Assembly (NCBI RefSeq): GCF_018977255.1
Contig: NW_024704743.1
Coordinates: 67,210,001-67,274,000 of the forward strand
Source of the DNA: Callorhinchus milii
Taxonomy: Eukaryota
Direction: 5' to 3'
DNA: 64,000 nucleotides
Part shown: positions 12,790 through 26,170 of the stretch, in pieces
Position numbering within the stretch: position 1 is the first letter of the stretch
Layout of the letters: each line of letters starts with the position of its first letter
The notes under the pieces: generated by a model
What the model saw: the letters and a program-made list of their open reading frames with translations, nothing else
Told to the model about the DNA's origin: nothing
Database searches by the model: none
Position numbers and translations under genes: made by a program

Positions 12790-13005
12790 GATGGTGTCCC
12801 AAGGCAGTGGGATTAAGTGAACAAATTTATTTTAAGGGATTATTACCCCCGGAAACCAATCCGGGCAATTGACTAACAACCCGGTTCCTTTTTACTGCTA
12901 GGTCAACAGAGGCATGTGGAATAAGGAAACTTGCCTAAGATTTCGAGCCACCCAGGAATCAAACCTTGCGAGGCGAGCGAGCTAACCACTATGTTCGAGG
13001 GCTCC
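12790..13005 (-). mobile_element. Older long-form tRNA-derived SINE (tRNA head + CORE/Meta-like segment + 3' Deu-like segment)
   Basis: Minus strand reads ggagccctcgaacatagtggttag...gaaatcttaggcaagtttccttattccacatgcctctgttgacctagcagtaaaaagg...gggggtaataatcccttaaaataaatttgttcacttaatc. Confidence 0.7.
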
Positions 13006-13302
13006 TTTTTTTAAATACCATCTTCAACATTCAACTGAGCAGGCAGATAGGGCATTGTTTTATTTTGTCTCACCCAAATGATAACAATAAATTGAGCCCT
13101 GAATTATAAATTCAAGCCTCAAATTGGGGTTTGAAGATTTGAACTCTCAATCTTCTGACTCGGATTCTGGAGTGTTACTAATTGAGCCAAGCTGATGTTT
13201 TTGATGTGCAATCATGCAATAAATCGAAGTTCATGTTTATGAAACAATTTAATTCCTACAACAAATGACTGATTAAACATACAAAAATGTGCAGCTCTAC
13301 TC

Positions 13303-13555
13303 CGAAACCTTGGGCAAGTTTCCTTACTCTACACGCCTAATAATAATCCCTCCAAATCCAAAAACAATAATAAAATTGGTCATTTTCAATCTACGACTGT
13401 TTGTGGGACATTGCTGTGCGCAATTGGCTGCCGCGTTCGCCCACAAATATACAGTCAATTCACTTTACAGTGTTTTCTGTGAAGCGCTTTGGGACGTCCT
13501 CCTGACTTGAAAAGCGCTATATCAAATGCAAGGATTATTATTATTATTATTAATA
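13303..13555 (+). mobile_element. Young SINE, 5'-truncated
   Basis: Near-identical to 30050-30375 from gaaaccttgggcaag onward; (TTA)n tail. Confidence 0.92.
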
Positions 13556-15632
13556 AGGAATCCCGCTAGAATTCCCATCAAACCTGCTCTGCTCTGAGTG
13601 GAACCCTTGCTCTGAAAACAGATTGCATCTGAATAGGTTGGAATGATATACTTTTGATACCAAAAGGAATGCTAATTTGTGAATTAGGAATTGATAAGAA
13701 GGAAGGAAAACCTGGCTTTGTAATCCAGAATACAATTCAGAAATACTGTACTGCAATTAAACTTCAATATTCTATTAGTTTGCCTCTGTCCCTTTTCCAA
13801 GATCAATACAACACTATTAAACAATTTGCACCATGCCCTCGACTCAGATGTTTAAAGCATAAGTATCTGCCTTAGCTTGTTTCCAAAATGAATGTAAATG
13901 TCAGTAAGTAATTTGATGTTACATTGTGGCTCTGTAAGTCGATATTCACAATGTAATTCACAAATAACGCTTTCTCCTGGTAACCAGAAAACCATCAAAT
14001 CTCCGCTTTGACACGATCTACTTCCAGAATAGAGTTCCCACAGGGCACAGTGACAGGCTTCCAGTTACTATGAGGATTGGTATTTGTGAGCAACATATTT
14101 CAGTCCCCAATGTCATCGACATTCACCAAGATCATCCGCATTCCTCATTTTATCCACTTTGCAGTGCTGCAGTGATATTGAAACCATTATCATTCTGCAA
14201 ATAGACAGTTCTCCTAACAATACACGAGAGTGTGGAATAACATGCTGCATTTGCTGGATTAAGGCNTTTTTTGAGAATTCCATGGGAATATGAACCCTGT
14301 TACTGGAATAACCATTATACATCAACCAGAGTGAATCAAACACCACTTTACATTTTTAAATTGTGTTTACTTAAGGATTTAGCGATGATACCACACTCCA
14401 GAATTTTTAGTGAAAATACAGCCCTGAGCACGATTTTCCTTCCACACCTGGATTAAGAGCACCAGGTTTTTCTTCCAGCCTTTTATCTTTGTTGTCCCAG
14501 CACGTGGGAACTGAACACTGCGGGTGGATGAGATATTCCCATACATATTGGCCAAAATAACTGAATTGGTGACAGGGAGGAAGAGAAAATCTCAGACATG
14601 AAGGTTCCGGCTTTTTGTGCCATTGCTCAGTTACAATTTATTGCTCTGATTCTCTGAACTGCAAACTAAACTATAACCTCACTTTACATGATAATTGAAA
14701 ATGCCCTTGTGTTCTTCAATAAACTGTGGAAGAGCAGAATTAAAACTGTCCCTTTAGCTACAATGTCTGTCAGTTAGTCTGATTGTTTTTTAAAGCCAAG
14801 AATTGAAATGGCGCTGTTCAGTTTCATAAGCAACCGACAGTATCTGAAGTTTTCAAATCCTACCATGGTTAATTCAATTCTGTCATCTGAAATCAAGAGA
14901 TGCTGACTTCTTTGAAATTTCAATTTACTGGTATCAAAATGGGAATGTTACTTTTCTTTCAGATGAATCATTGACACTCCCTCCGCTCGCCAAACACTGG
15001 CTTGCTTTACTTCTGCCACCTCACCATCGGTAGTCGGACTCACAGCCTACTTGCCCCACTAACTAGAAATCCATCCTGCATCTCGTTGCCTCGCTTCTTT
15101 CCTCGCTTCCTTCAAAGTCTTTCTCCTCAAAGTCCTTCGATCATCCTCTCCCCTCTACCCCTGCTACTATGGTTCTCAGCCCTCCTGAATCCAACAACAA
15201 CAAAATTAAATTTGTAAAGCGCCTTTCACATCGGGAGGATGTCCAGGCTTGGTGCAAACCCTTGACTGTTCAGTGTCCTAGGACATCCTCCTTTGTGATT
15301 GTTGTTGTTCACGGAGGATTTATCCACAGTGTTTCATATCGCATGACATTATTTTCAGGAAGAGCAAGTCCTGGCCAATATTTCTTCCTCAGCCGAATTT
15401 GCCAGAATCACAAGTTAATTTGTGATTCCTTTCGCCCACAAAATATACAGTCAATTCACTTTACAGTATATTCTGTGAAGCGCTTTCAAATGTCTCGAAT
15501 ACGTGATAAGGTGCTTTATCAAATGCAAGGATTATTATTCGTCTCATTGCTCTTTGTGGGAGATGGCTCCTGAATTTCCTGCATTGCCATCTTTTAAAGT
15601 TACTTAATATGGGAATAGCTTTGATGAGGAAG

Positions 15633-16270
15633 GGGGCGTCCTTGGAGCTCAGCTGGCTGCAAGATGATGTGCTTACTAATGTTTTGTCAGAATCGAAGCA
15701 ATCCTCTGTGACTGTCTCATTTCCTGAGCTATGCCGGTCTGCAGCAATTCCAGGGCACTGCTGATGACAGACCAGCCAGCCTGACTTACTGGCAAAATTT
15801 GAAGGGCAAGGATTCTTCCACTCACCTCCTGTTAACCCTGCAAGCCAAAGTCCTAAAGGGTAAGGTTGATTAGCTGGACAAGCAACAACAACAATTTGTA
15901 TTTATATAGCGCCCCTCATACAGAGTAGCATCCCAGAGCACCCAAGGCAGCGGGAAGCTTATCAGACAACATTCTCAATGGCAAACTTATGGTTTTAGTT
16001 GGTTAAATTAGGTAAGCAGGATGTGTCCTTCCAGGGATAGCGTGCATATTCCATCTCAGACACAGGGAAATTCCCATGTGTAGGTGTGATGCAAATGTAA
16101 AACTTTCAGTATGGTGTGGATACTCTCAAGCAAAGTAATGAGTTTCTGCTTACATCACCGGACTAAACAGTGACCTGGACTAAAAAGTTATGCACATATG
16201 ATCATTGGGTGAAGACAGACTGGATTCCATCATGATGCTGCCCATGGTTCCATAGTTTCTTGACACCCAT
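15633..16270 (+). repeat. Unclassified old interspersed repeat family (other pieces at ~17560-17655 -, 28190-28617 +, 39680-40060 -, 43545-43640 +, 50670-50998 +, 60520-60640 +)
   Basis: Recurring blocks ctgcaagccaaag...ctggacaagc, aagcttgccagac...caatggcaagcta, gacacagggaaatttccatgtgt and tggatactct...tgatgggttt...tcagacacc. Possible A-box-like start ggagctcagctgg. Confidence 0.65.
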
Positions 16271-19200
16271 TAAGATTACACATGAAGAATGTACATTCTT
16301 ACCCAAGTCTGAGTCAGTGACTTCAGAGAGGAGGAGAAACTGCAGGGAGGTGAAAACAATTAGAAAAGATGTTGTACTTGTGTCACACTAAATGATCACT
16401 TTCACTTACATTTCTAGGGAACTAGCATTTCTGGACTAGATGTTTGAGGCACAATAAAGCCTCCATTTACTTCCTCTGCCTCCTGTGGTTCACATATCCC
16501 ATTTTTTAACTTACTTAAAGTTTTCTTTATGTTTCCTCACATTACGCTGTTGTGTGAGAAATTACCCATGTCTTTTGGAAATATGAATTTGACACTTCTC
16601 TCAACAGTATGTTTGCTTGCATTGGCTCTGTGAGAGGATGATCATAAGTTTTTAGCATACACTTTAGAAAACGATTTATTTTGTAACAAAAAATGACATT
16701 ACTGAAATATTTCTGACTAAGATTATATTTTAACCACCGTTAGCATAGAAGCTATTTGCTTGGCAATAAACTTAGGTTTTATGCCTACCCAACTTAGATT
16801 ATTAACCAGTTATTGATTGACTGGCTGGACTCAGAAGCTACTCAATGCTAATGGTTGTAGCTCATTTATTAAAACTTCAAGACAGAACCTTCCTTATATC
16901 TTTACTGTTGGAATAACTGCATTGTGGCAAGCTTTCAAGACTGACTAACCAATATCTATCCAATGGCAAGGAATCTCAGTACAATCTAGTGGCAAGGGAG
17001 CTCCATAGATTTAACGAGGATGCTATCACGATGATTTTAAAAAAAGTAACATTTATTGACTTTCTCAGGTGCTTTTCAGTTACATAATACGTTATATCTG
17101 CAAATGTAAACATGATAGGTTTTGCAAAGTTCTGTATATGAGGATAATACTGTTCTCCGACATGAATGTGTACAAAATATATACTCACTCCAAGTTACAG
17201 TAATTCTGTGAAACAGTTTGAGACATCCTCCCAATATGAAAGAGTTACATCAAATGCAAGTATTATTATTATTATTATTATTATTGAATATTGGAGCTGG
17301 GTAGATTGTGGTCCTTGCTTTGGGAATTTGGTTGCTTTTGTTTGGGATTGTGGCAAATCAGTGGAAGAATGCAGTAGGGTCAGCCTGTTGAGAGTTGGTG
17401 CCAACTCTCCAAACCAAACAACTATAGAAATTTACAGGAGTCATTCGACCCATTCCTGTGCAGTCCTGCTACAGGTACAGCTTATGTGTCATCTTTTCTG
17501 ACAGGTAAATATCCCTCTGGTCCACATGTACTACTGGATTTTCACCAGCTAAGACTGCATAACTTGCCATTGTGAGCACTTTCTGGCAAGCTTACCACTG
17601 TTTATCTAGTTAGGACCACTTTTAACTGCTTGGGCTTTGGCTGGTAGGGTTAACAACAACAACTTCCATTTATATAGCCCTCTTCACATAGACTCGTGTC
17701 CCAGAGGTCTTAACAGGAACTGAATGGAAATAATCCTGCCCCCCATCCCTGTCTATTTAAGAATAACAAAGGGAATTACAAATGCCATTAAAAATGTAAT
17801 CTTTTTCATTGGTTGTTAATTACATGATTAATGGCATCTGCAATTGCCTCTGCATACATGGGTTTACACATAGCCAGCACAATCCTCAAATTAGACCCGT
17901 TGAAACCATTATAAGATTTTATTTAAACATCCTCACTTGTCCGTACACACCTTTCTGTACAAGTGATGTACATACTGACATCTACACATATAAACAACTA
18001 ACTCACAAGTCAGCTGTTAATAAATTGTGTGACCTGGTGAAATGACAAAAATAATCCTTCATATGTGCCTTTTACATTGGGAGGTTATCTCAAAAGATAT
18101 GCTGTAAAGAGTAATTATTGACTGCATTTGGAGGCAACTACAAATAACTAACCATAATGGTTACCATTCACTGATTCACTGTTAAAACTGCTTGAAGTGG
18201 ATCTTCCAAGATGTATCCCTCTTTATAATAGGTAATGAGAAGCCAAAGGTTAACACATGGAGATTCAATTACAGACCTACAAAGAATGGCTGATGAATGG
18301 CATGGCATGTTAACCTATCTTTCTTATCTATCTATTGAGCATTGTGCTAACCTATCTTTCTCTTCCAGATGCTTTTCAACTGTTGTGCATTTACAATATT
18401 GAGAATATTTTTAAAAAGCACGGAATGTGAAAATTTGAATTTCACATCAGGAGGATGTCTCAAAGTGCTTCACAGGATATACTGCATGGATAATGACTGT
18501 GAATTTTATAGGCAAACATGGCAACCAATTTGCACCCAGGCATGTCCCACACATAGCCATGAAGTGAATGACCAATTTTATTTGGGGCTTCATGCCCTCT
18601 CCCTCACAGACCACACAAACACTACCTTATTACGGTCTAACTTCACCCATTCTATCTCCTGGGGGAAAGTATTGCACAGATACTCCCTGAGCCCCAAAAG
18701 TGATCAAGCAAAAGCTAATCTATTCCTGCTTGAGGCACTTTAATCTTAAATGCATGCCATCTCGGAATGCTTTCTTTTATGATTGATTCTCCTTCAGCTA
18801 ACATTAGCTTTACATAAGTCACTGTGTGGTCTCACTGGGTCCTTGGTTAGTGCTAGGTTCCATGATACAAACAAGCACCTTCCACCTCTAGTCACACTAA
18901 GGATGGCCACAACGCCCTTGGTTTACAACTTGTCCACTTAATACTTAACCTCCTCTGCTAAAAAGGAAAGAAGAATTTTCACCCTTTTGAATCATCCGAA
19001 CTTCAGAACCTCTTCACACAGATTTTAAATGTCCTGTTTGCAGTTTCCAAGTGCATTTTGCCTAAACTGTTCCTTCTCTTTCCAATGTATTTTATTTGCA
19101 TCACATCCAGGCTTGATTATTTCCGTGTCCTGTTCCCCAGTTCCTCCCTACACAAGCTGCAGACCATCTAGAACCCTATTCTCCCTGACCTCTCTGCACC

Positions 19201-20917
19201 AGGTTCATTGAGCCTACCACCCTGTGATCACTCAATTTACTGACTCCCCATGCCCCAGTGGATTGAATTCAAGATCTTAGTCTTCGTGTTCAAATCCCTC
19301 CACGGTCTCGACTCACTGTGACCTCCTACAACCTTTTCGACCCAGCTGTTCCTTCCACTCAGCAAACAGTGACCTACTTCATATGCCCTGTCAGCTGCGT
19401 GAAGTGCTTTGAGGCATCCTCCCAGCCACTAAATAAATGTAAATTGTTCTTATAATCCTTAAGACACTCATTTATCAATTTTATACAATGGTGCAAATCA
19501 CCAGTTCACATTAATAAGTGTTCATAAACCAGCATCTCAAAATGAGATTCCAGGGTGTATTTTCATATTAAGTAATGGAGAGGAAATAAGCTCATACAGT
19601 TACTCAAATGTCCGTGACCTCCTGGGGTGAAAGAGAGAGGGGTGGAATACATCTTTAAAAAGTCACTAAAATCCAATGAAGCACAGTGCAGCAAGATGGG
19701 GCTGATAGATAATTTGTCATCTTAACAAACAAAATATCCATCCCAGAGTCCGTCTGACTCATTCCCTCTCTCACTGCATTCAAGGTCCGTCTCAAGCCCT
19801 AACTCTTTGACTGTGCTTTCATTTATCTTTCCCCTCCCACCTCCAGCTAAGATATTCAGAGCTTTGGGAGATCCTCCCAATGTGAAAGGCGCTGAGTGAA
19901 TGTAAAATTGTATTGTGTTCTAATATTGCCTCCGGTATTGCATTAATACAATCATTTCTCCTTTTTTATAGGGCATTTGAACAATAATGAGCAGAGTGGG
20001 AGGGGGACACATTCAATGCTTTGATTTGTATCATGAGAATAAACTTATATTACGAAATACATCATAAACAAATTATTGATCTAACACATGAATCAGGGAA
20101 TGAAAGCACTGCCAGCGATAATCACAAATTCACCTTTCTGGAGATGCTAATGATTTTCTTTGGGATATTTACATGCCAAATTGTAAATTCACACATTTAT
20201 TTTTAAAGAATAAATTTCACTCCATGTGTCGTGACTAAATGATTCCAGGAAACATCTCATCCTGCATGATTTCCTTCATGGACAGGTCTCTCAGACGATG
20301 ATGGAAGCTCCTGAAACGTAAAGGCGGGAGAGTGGCACGGCTAATTCACAAAGAAAAGATTGAGCCAAACAATAAGGTTTTGTGTCCAAAAAAGCCATCC
20401 AGAACTGATATTAGCAACATTGAGTGGGTTGAGTTTTCTCATTGACTAAACGTAAATGATAAACACAACCACAACATAGCTGTGGCAAAGCATTTGGCTA
20501 TTTGGACAAATGAATTTTAACTCACACATGGGGCACAGTATGTTTCCAATTGCAGCATATTTATGACAAAGAGACACCCTTCGAGTTGTGTAAGCTACTC
20601 TTTTTCTCCACTCTCCTTTCTAAAATACACACACTTTCCTGCAAGGTATATCTGTAACAGGCAAGTATTACAGTAGTTTGTGAATCCATACAGCCTTTTG
20701 TTTACTGCGGCATTTCACACAAGGATCTGGGAGCTATTGTGAATAAATCATTTGTCATTAGGTACGTGTGAAATTGCAATCATTTCCCTAAGGGACACTC
20801 ATTAACCTCAGAGGATAGGGACAGCAGGAGAACATTACTTTCTTACTTTCTCCAGTGAAAAACTCACTTCCTCCAAACCAGGTTTTTCATTACTTTTCAG
20901 TACTTCCTGAAACCAAA

Positions 20918-21768
20918 CAACAACAACAACAAGATTCCATTTATAAAGCGCCTTTCACGTCAGGAGGACGTCCCAAGGCGCTGCACAGTTGGGTCAGGAC
21001 CCGAGCAGGGGGGAAATGGTCAGGGTGAGGGGAGGGAAGGGAGGGAGCGAGGAGGGGGAAATGGTCAGGGTGAGGGGAGGGAAGGGAGGGAGCGAGGAGG
21101 GGGAAAAGAGTCGAGAGGGGAGCTGAAGGCACGGTCAAAGAGAAAGGTCTTGAGACCGGCCTTGAAGGAGGAAAGGGAGGAAGCGGCGAAGGCACTGGGG
21201 GATAGAGTTCCAGAGCCTGGGGGCTGAGAGGCTGAAGGCCCGACCACCGATGGTAGGGCGGTTGGGGTGGGGGATGTGGAGCAGACCGGAGCCAGAGGAA
21301 CGGAGGGTACGGGCAGGTAGGTAGGGGGATAGTAGGTTGGAGAGGTAGGAGGGAGCGAGGCCGTGAATGGCCTTGTAGGTGAGGATGAGGATCTTGAAAT
21401 CAATCCTCTGGGGGATGGGGAGCCAGTGGAGGCGAGCGAGGGTGGGAGTGATGTGGTCGCGAAGCCTGGTGCGGGACAGTACACGAGCTGCAGAGTTCTG
21501 AATGACCTGCAGCTTGTGGAGGGAGGTGGCGGGAAGGCCGGCGAGGAGAGAGTTCCCATATTCCAGCCTTGAGGTGACAAAGGCGTGGACCAGAGTTTCA
21601 GCAGCGTGAGGGGTGAGGTAGTGCCGTAGTCTGGCGATGTTCCGGAGGTGATGGAAGGCGGTGCCAGTTGTGGTGCGGATGTGAGGGAGAAAGGACAGCT
21701 CAGGGTCGAACAAAACGCCGAGGTTCCTGACTGGCTTTGAGAGGTGGAGAGTGCAGCCTTGGATGCTG
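20918..21768 (-). mobile_element. Young L2 3' fragment (851 bp) with a 45-bp tandem duplication in the 3' region
   Basis: Very similar to 47819-48627. TSD CAAA at 20914-20917 and 21769-21772. Confidence 0.95.
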
Positions 21769-22283
21769 CAAATTTAAATTCAAAGCATTTGAATTTAGGA
21801 ATAATCAAACCACTGATTTAAAGGGAACACAAAGAGTCACCTGCATGATAATTCCAATTTGTCACATCAATTATATTACACTATTTAAGCGTATAATATA
21901 TGGGCTTTCCACATAAGGACATGCCCTAAGGTTGTGTTTATTTTCTGGTAAAATGAAATAAAACTCAAGTACTTCACGTACAGCCTTCACGTCTGTCTAC
22001 AATCTACCAAGGACTGGAACCAACAGGGCTAATTCATTGATATCAGCAGCTTTGGAAATAAACAGCAAGCTATTATTCATATGATGTTCAGTAAGGATTG
22101 AAGTCGCAGTGGGAAGACATTGCTGGGCAGCAGACCAATCTAGAGCTCCAGTGACTGCTTGCGTCAATGATGCTCCACATATGTGGCAAAATCTTGATAT
22201 CAGTACATATACTCTCTCCTTTGAGTCAGAAGGCTGCAGGTTGAAACCCTTGAGCAAATAGTGTCAATCATGTCAAGATGAAT

Positions 22284-22812
22284 CCTCCCGACGTGAAAGG
22301 CGCTATACAAATGTAATCTTGTTGTTGTTGTATCTCCCCAAGTCTAACATTCATAAAATCCAATTAATTCAAAACTCTGCCACCCGTATCTTCACTCGCA
22401 TCAAACTCCAAACCCCCATCACCACAGTCCTTGCCAGGGTTCACTGGCTCTCTATTTCAAAAAGGATTGATTTTAAGATCCTTAGTTGTTTACAAATTAC
22501 TTCATTCCCTGGCACCTCCCTAAAGCTCTGACCTGATCTATGCTATGACCACTCTACTACCCACTGCATTTGCTTAGCTGGTCTCTGGACTCCTGCATGT
22601 CTCTCGTCCCCTCTGCTCCACTATGGAGAACTGTGTTTGCAGCCGCAACACCCCGAAACTATGGAACTCTTTTCCTCAATCCCTCCACTCTACCCCCTCC
22701 TTCCTCTTCGAACACGCCTCTCCTCTCTCTGGCTTGGTATCAAGTTCACCACTGTTAAGTGCTCCAAGATGCTACCCCATGTGAAGGGCACTGTATAAAT
22801 GCAAGTTGTTGC
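22284..22812 (+). mobile_element. Ultra-short young L2 terminus (22284-22330) followed by an old L2 3' fragment
   Basis: tcctcccgacgtgaaaggcgctatacaaatgtaatcttgttgttgttg, then QLIQNSATRIF...HWLSISKRIDFKIL. Confidence 0.8.
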
Positions 22813-23403
22813 TGTAATTATGGGTTTTAAAACTAAGACCATGGTATCAATTCAATCAAATATGAAACTATTTGCAGTACTTGCCTCTTCTGTGTTTTAT
22901 TCTAGATTAGATTAGTACAATGTAAAAGCATATCGGAGCTTGTGAAAAGATAGAGGAAACCATGGATCAAGTAGACTAACCCCTACAGATAGAGTAAAAT
23001 ATTGTGAAGTGCTTTGATGCTTCCTCCCAACATGAAAGGGTAATATCAACAACAGAACCAACAACAACAACTTGCATTGATATAGCACTCAATCACATAG
23101 GATAATGTATCATAGTGGTTTAGCAGCGGATTGGATGTCGTAGGAGGAAGGGGAGTGGGTATAACTACAGGCATGATTGAATATGTAGGTTTTAAGGTGA
23201 GATTTGAAGATAGATAGAGTGCGGACAAGGCAGAAGCAAGGAGTTCCAGTGGCTGGACTGAAATACAAAGGATTATTATTATTTTTAAGGTTGACACTTT
23301 TGCAAACAAAACCTATTTGATCAAATATTTGATATTTCTTCCCAATATGTGAGTGAGTTTCTCTTTACTCCTTTATGATACGAGAATGAAATTCACGAGA
23401 CTA

Positions 23404-23681
23404 TAACAATAATAATAATCCTTGCATTTGATATAGCGCTTTTCACGTCTTCTAGACATCTCAAAGCACTTCACAGAATAGACTGCAAAGTGAATTGACT
23501 GTATATTTGCGAGTGAAATGTGGCTGCCAATTGCGCACAGCAGTGTCCAACAAACAGTCATGGATTGAAAATGACCAATTTATTATTTTTTTTCTTGAGG
23601 CATTATTATCAGCTGTGTGGAGTAAGGAAACTTGCCCAAGGTTTCACTCTGCCGGGAATCGAACCCAGGTCTCTCGCTTGC
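23404..23681 (-). mobile_element. tRNA-derived SINE (partial head)
   Basis: Reverse complement contains B box ggttcgattcc, the shared body, and tail caaatgcaaggattattattattg. Confidence 0.9.
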
Positions 23682-26154
23682 AAAATAAATATTAAAAAAA
23701 AGAATAAGTATGGAGGGCTAGATATAGAGTTTGGAAGATTTGAGGGCATTTTTGAGTCAGTGAGGAGTTGTTTTCCTCCAAGGATGGAAACAGATGGTTG
23801 ATGGCACATAGGAGGATATAAAACGTAACGGTGATCAAGAAAATAATTACGCTCCACATTTTCCCCTGCCTGGAATGGATAATTCACAGAGAAAGGACAG
23901 TTCTTTAACAAGTGAAACATAGCTCTTGTGACTATGGTCACCCTCTTTAATCTGCACTGTCACATAATCCTAGAAATTCTATTTTCAAATGTTAAAACGT
24001 TGCAGATGAGGAAGGATTTGGCGTAAACAATATTTCTGCCACTTCTTATGAGTTTATGTTTGTCTGCTTAAATAATTTCTGTCATTACTCCTTTGGAAAT
24101 TGATAAATTACAACTGATTTGCCAAATCAGCTCCAAAACAAGCTGCTCCAGAGCCACTTTATACTGCAGCTCGCAGGCAATAGTAAAAAAATGTCTAAAA
24201 TGCCAGTGTAGTAATTACTGTTGGCAGTCAATATGTAATTTGAGGTGCCACATTTGACCAAGCAGCAAAAGTGCATAAGGCTCCAAAATGAACAGGATGT
24301 GAAACATACTCCATCCAAGTCTTAACCTGCAAGAGCATTCTGTATTAAAATTTAAAATTGTGCAGAACTGCGGAAAATTGAAGATTTCAGAGATATCCAT
24401 CTCCCTATTGGTTTGATCTATCACCTCCCTCCCCCAGCTTCCCGCTCTGTGTTCTGCACAGTCTCTGCAAAGGCCTTCAAGCTGTTACTCTACAAAAATG
24501 GCACTATATAAACAACAACTAGCGATTTTTATGTAGAATGACATCCCCGAGAGCTTTATAGGGACGGGCCCGAGCAGGAGAATGGGAGAGGGGAGAAGGG
24601 GGAGGTGATCATAGAGGGAGGTAAGAAGGGGGAAGTTGAAGAGACGGGTTTTAAGGCGGGACTTGAAGACAGATATAAAGGAGGTGAGATGGAAGGTTTG
24701 CGGGAAGGAGTTCCAGATGTTAGGAGCATAGAATCGACAAACTGCCACTGATCAAGTTAGCAGAGCAGAGGGTGGAGCAGACAAATGGTGTTGGGGGAGA
24801 TAGGGAGGCACTATGGAGTGAAGAGCAGGAATAAATGCAAATTGTTGCTATTTGTCAATCGGGTGGGGTGTCTGGCCTGCATCATTTATTTTGGTCTTGG
24901 GGGTTCCTGGACCCCTTTATTCCCCCTTCTCCCTTGAATCTGGCCCTGATGAAGGTGCCCCACAGGCATCATTACAGTCAGTGGGAAATTGAGAAAAATA
25001 AACTAACTTCGACCACAAAACTCTGTGTTTCTCTGTATCAGAGCCTGTCAGTCCTTGTCACTCACTGTCCTGGACCGACAGAGGCTCTGATGGGTAAAGA
25101 GAAGCATTTTAAAAAATTTAATTTGACAATTTGGCGCTGTCTAATGATGCCAGCAAACACAGGCATCATGACAGACAGTGGGAAAAGTCAGTGATAAAAA
25201 AATAATTTGGTCACTTAATCCACGACGGATTGTGGGACACTACTGTATGTAATTGGCTGCTGCGTTTCGCCAAAAAAACTTAGTCAATTCACTTTACAGT
25301 ATATTCTTTGAAGTGCTTTGAGATGTCTAGAAGATGTGATAAGGCGCTATATCAAATGCCAAGGATTATTATTATTATTATTCAAGTACTGTATAATTGA
25401 AGACAATGCTCATGGTAGTTATTTGGACTTTATTTCTGTGCTTCCATTCCATCTACATCGATGAAAAGTAAATAATAATTGAAGTTTTATGCTTGAGAAA
25501 AATGGCTTCAAATTAAAATAAATACTTTGGCCTGGAGAGACTGGGATTTTTGGTTCCCCTTTATAATAATAATAATAATCCTTGCATTTGATATAGCGCT
25601 TTTCACGTCGGGAGGACGTCCCAAAGCCCCTGCGTACGATAACGTCTGTGAGTGCTTCAAGGGAAAGTAGGATGGTGAGGGAGAGGAGAATACCATAGGT
25701 GTGGTCAAAGAGATAATTTTTTTGGCAGGATTTAAAGACAGATAGAGAGTGGGCGAGATGGAAGTGTAGAGGGAGGGGATTCTGAACGGTGAGGGCATAG
25801 TTTTACGAATATAAAGAAAAGGCAAGGAAATTGGATTAAAAATGCAAAGAACTGGCAACAGTAGAACAGGTTGGATGGGCCAAATTGCCGAATCTATTCC
25901 AACGTTACTGTGTAACTGATCGCTGCAGCTATAACTACATACACAGAAGTATGCCAGTGAAATGCTCGTATAACCCTGCTCCAGTTGAATCATGATGAAC
26001 CTATTATTATGACTGCCTTCAGTGATTAGGGGATAATGTTATTTTAAACAATTAAGCAAACAATGATTATAACTAAATGATTTGTGAGGCTCCACAGAAG
26101 CAGCTCTGCTCTGCATTTAAACTCTTCCTGTGATCACAGTGATGAATTAACACT

Positions 26155-26170
26155 TGCTGCCCTCTTGTGG
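26155..26170 (-). promoter_or_regulatory. CTCF-like motif CCACAAGAGGGCAGCA
   Basis: Close match to the CTCF core CCASYAGRKGGCRS, in non-repeat sequence. Confidence 0.45.

Noticed and set aside
14113..14346. ORF spanning the ambiguous base n at 14266
   Set aside because: Short, no homology recognised, and it depends on an uncalled base.
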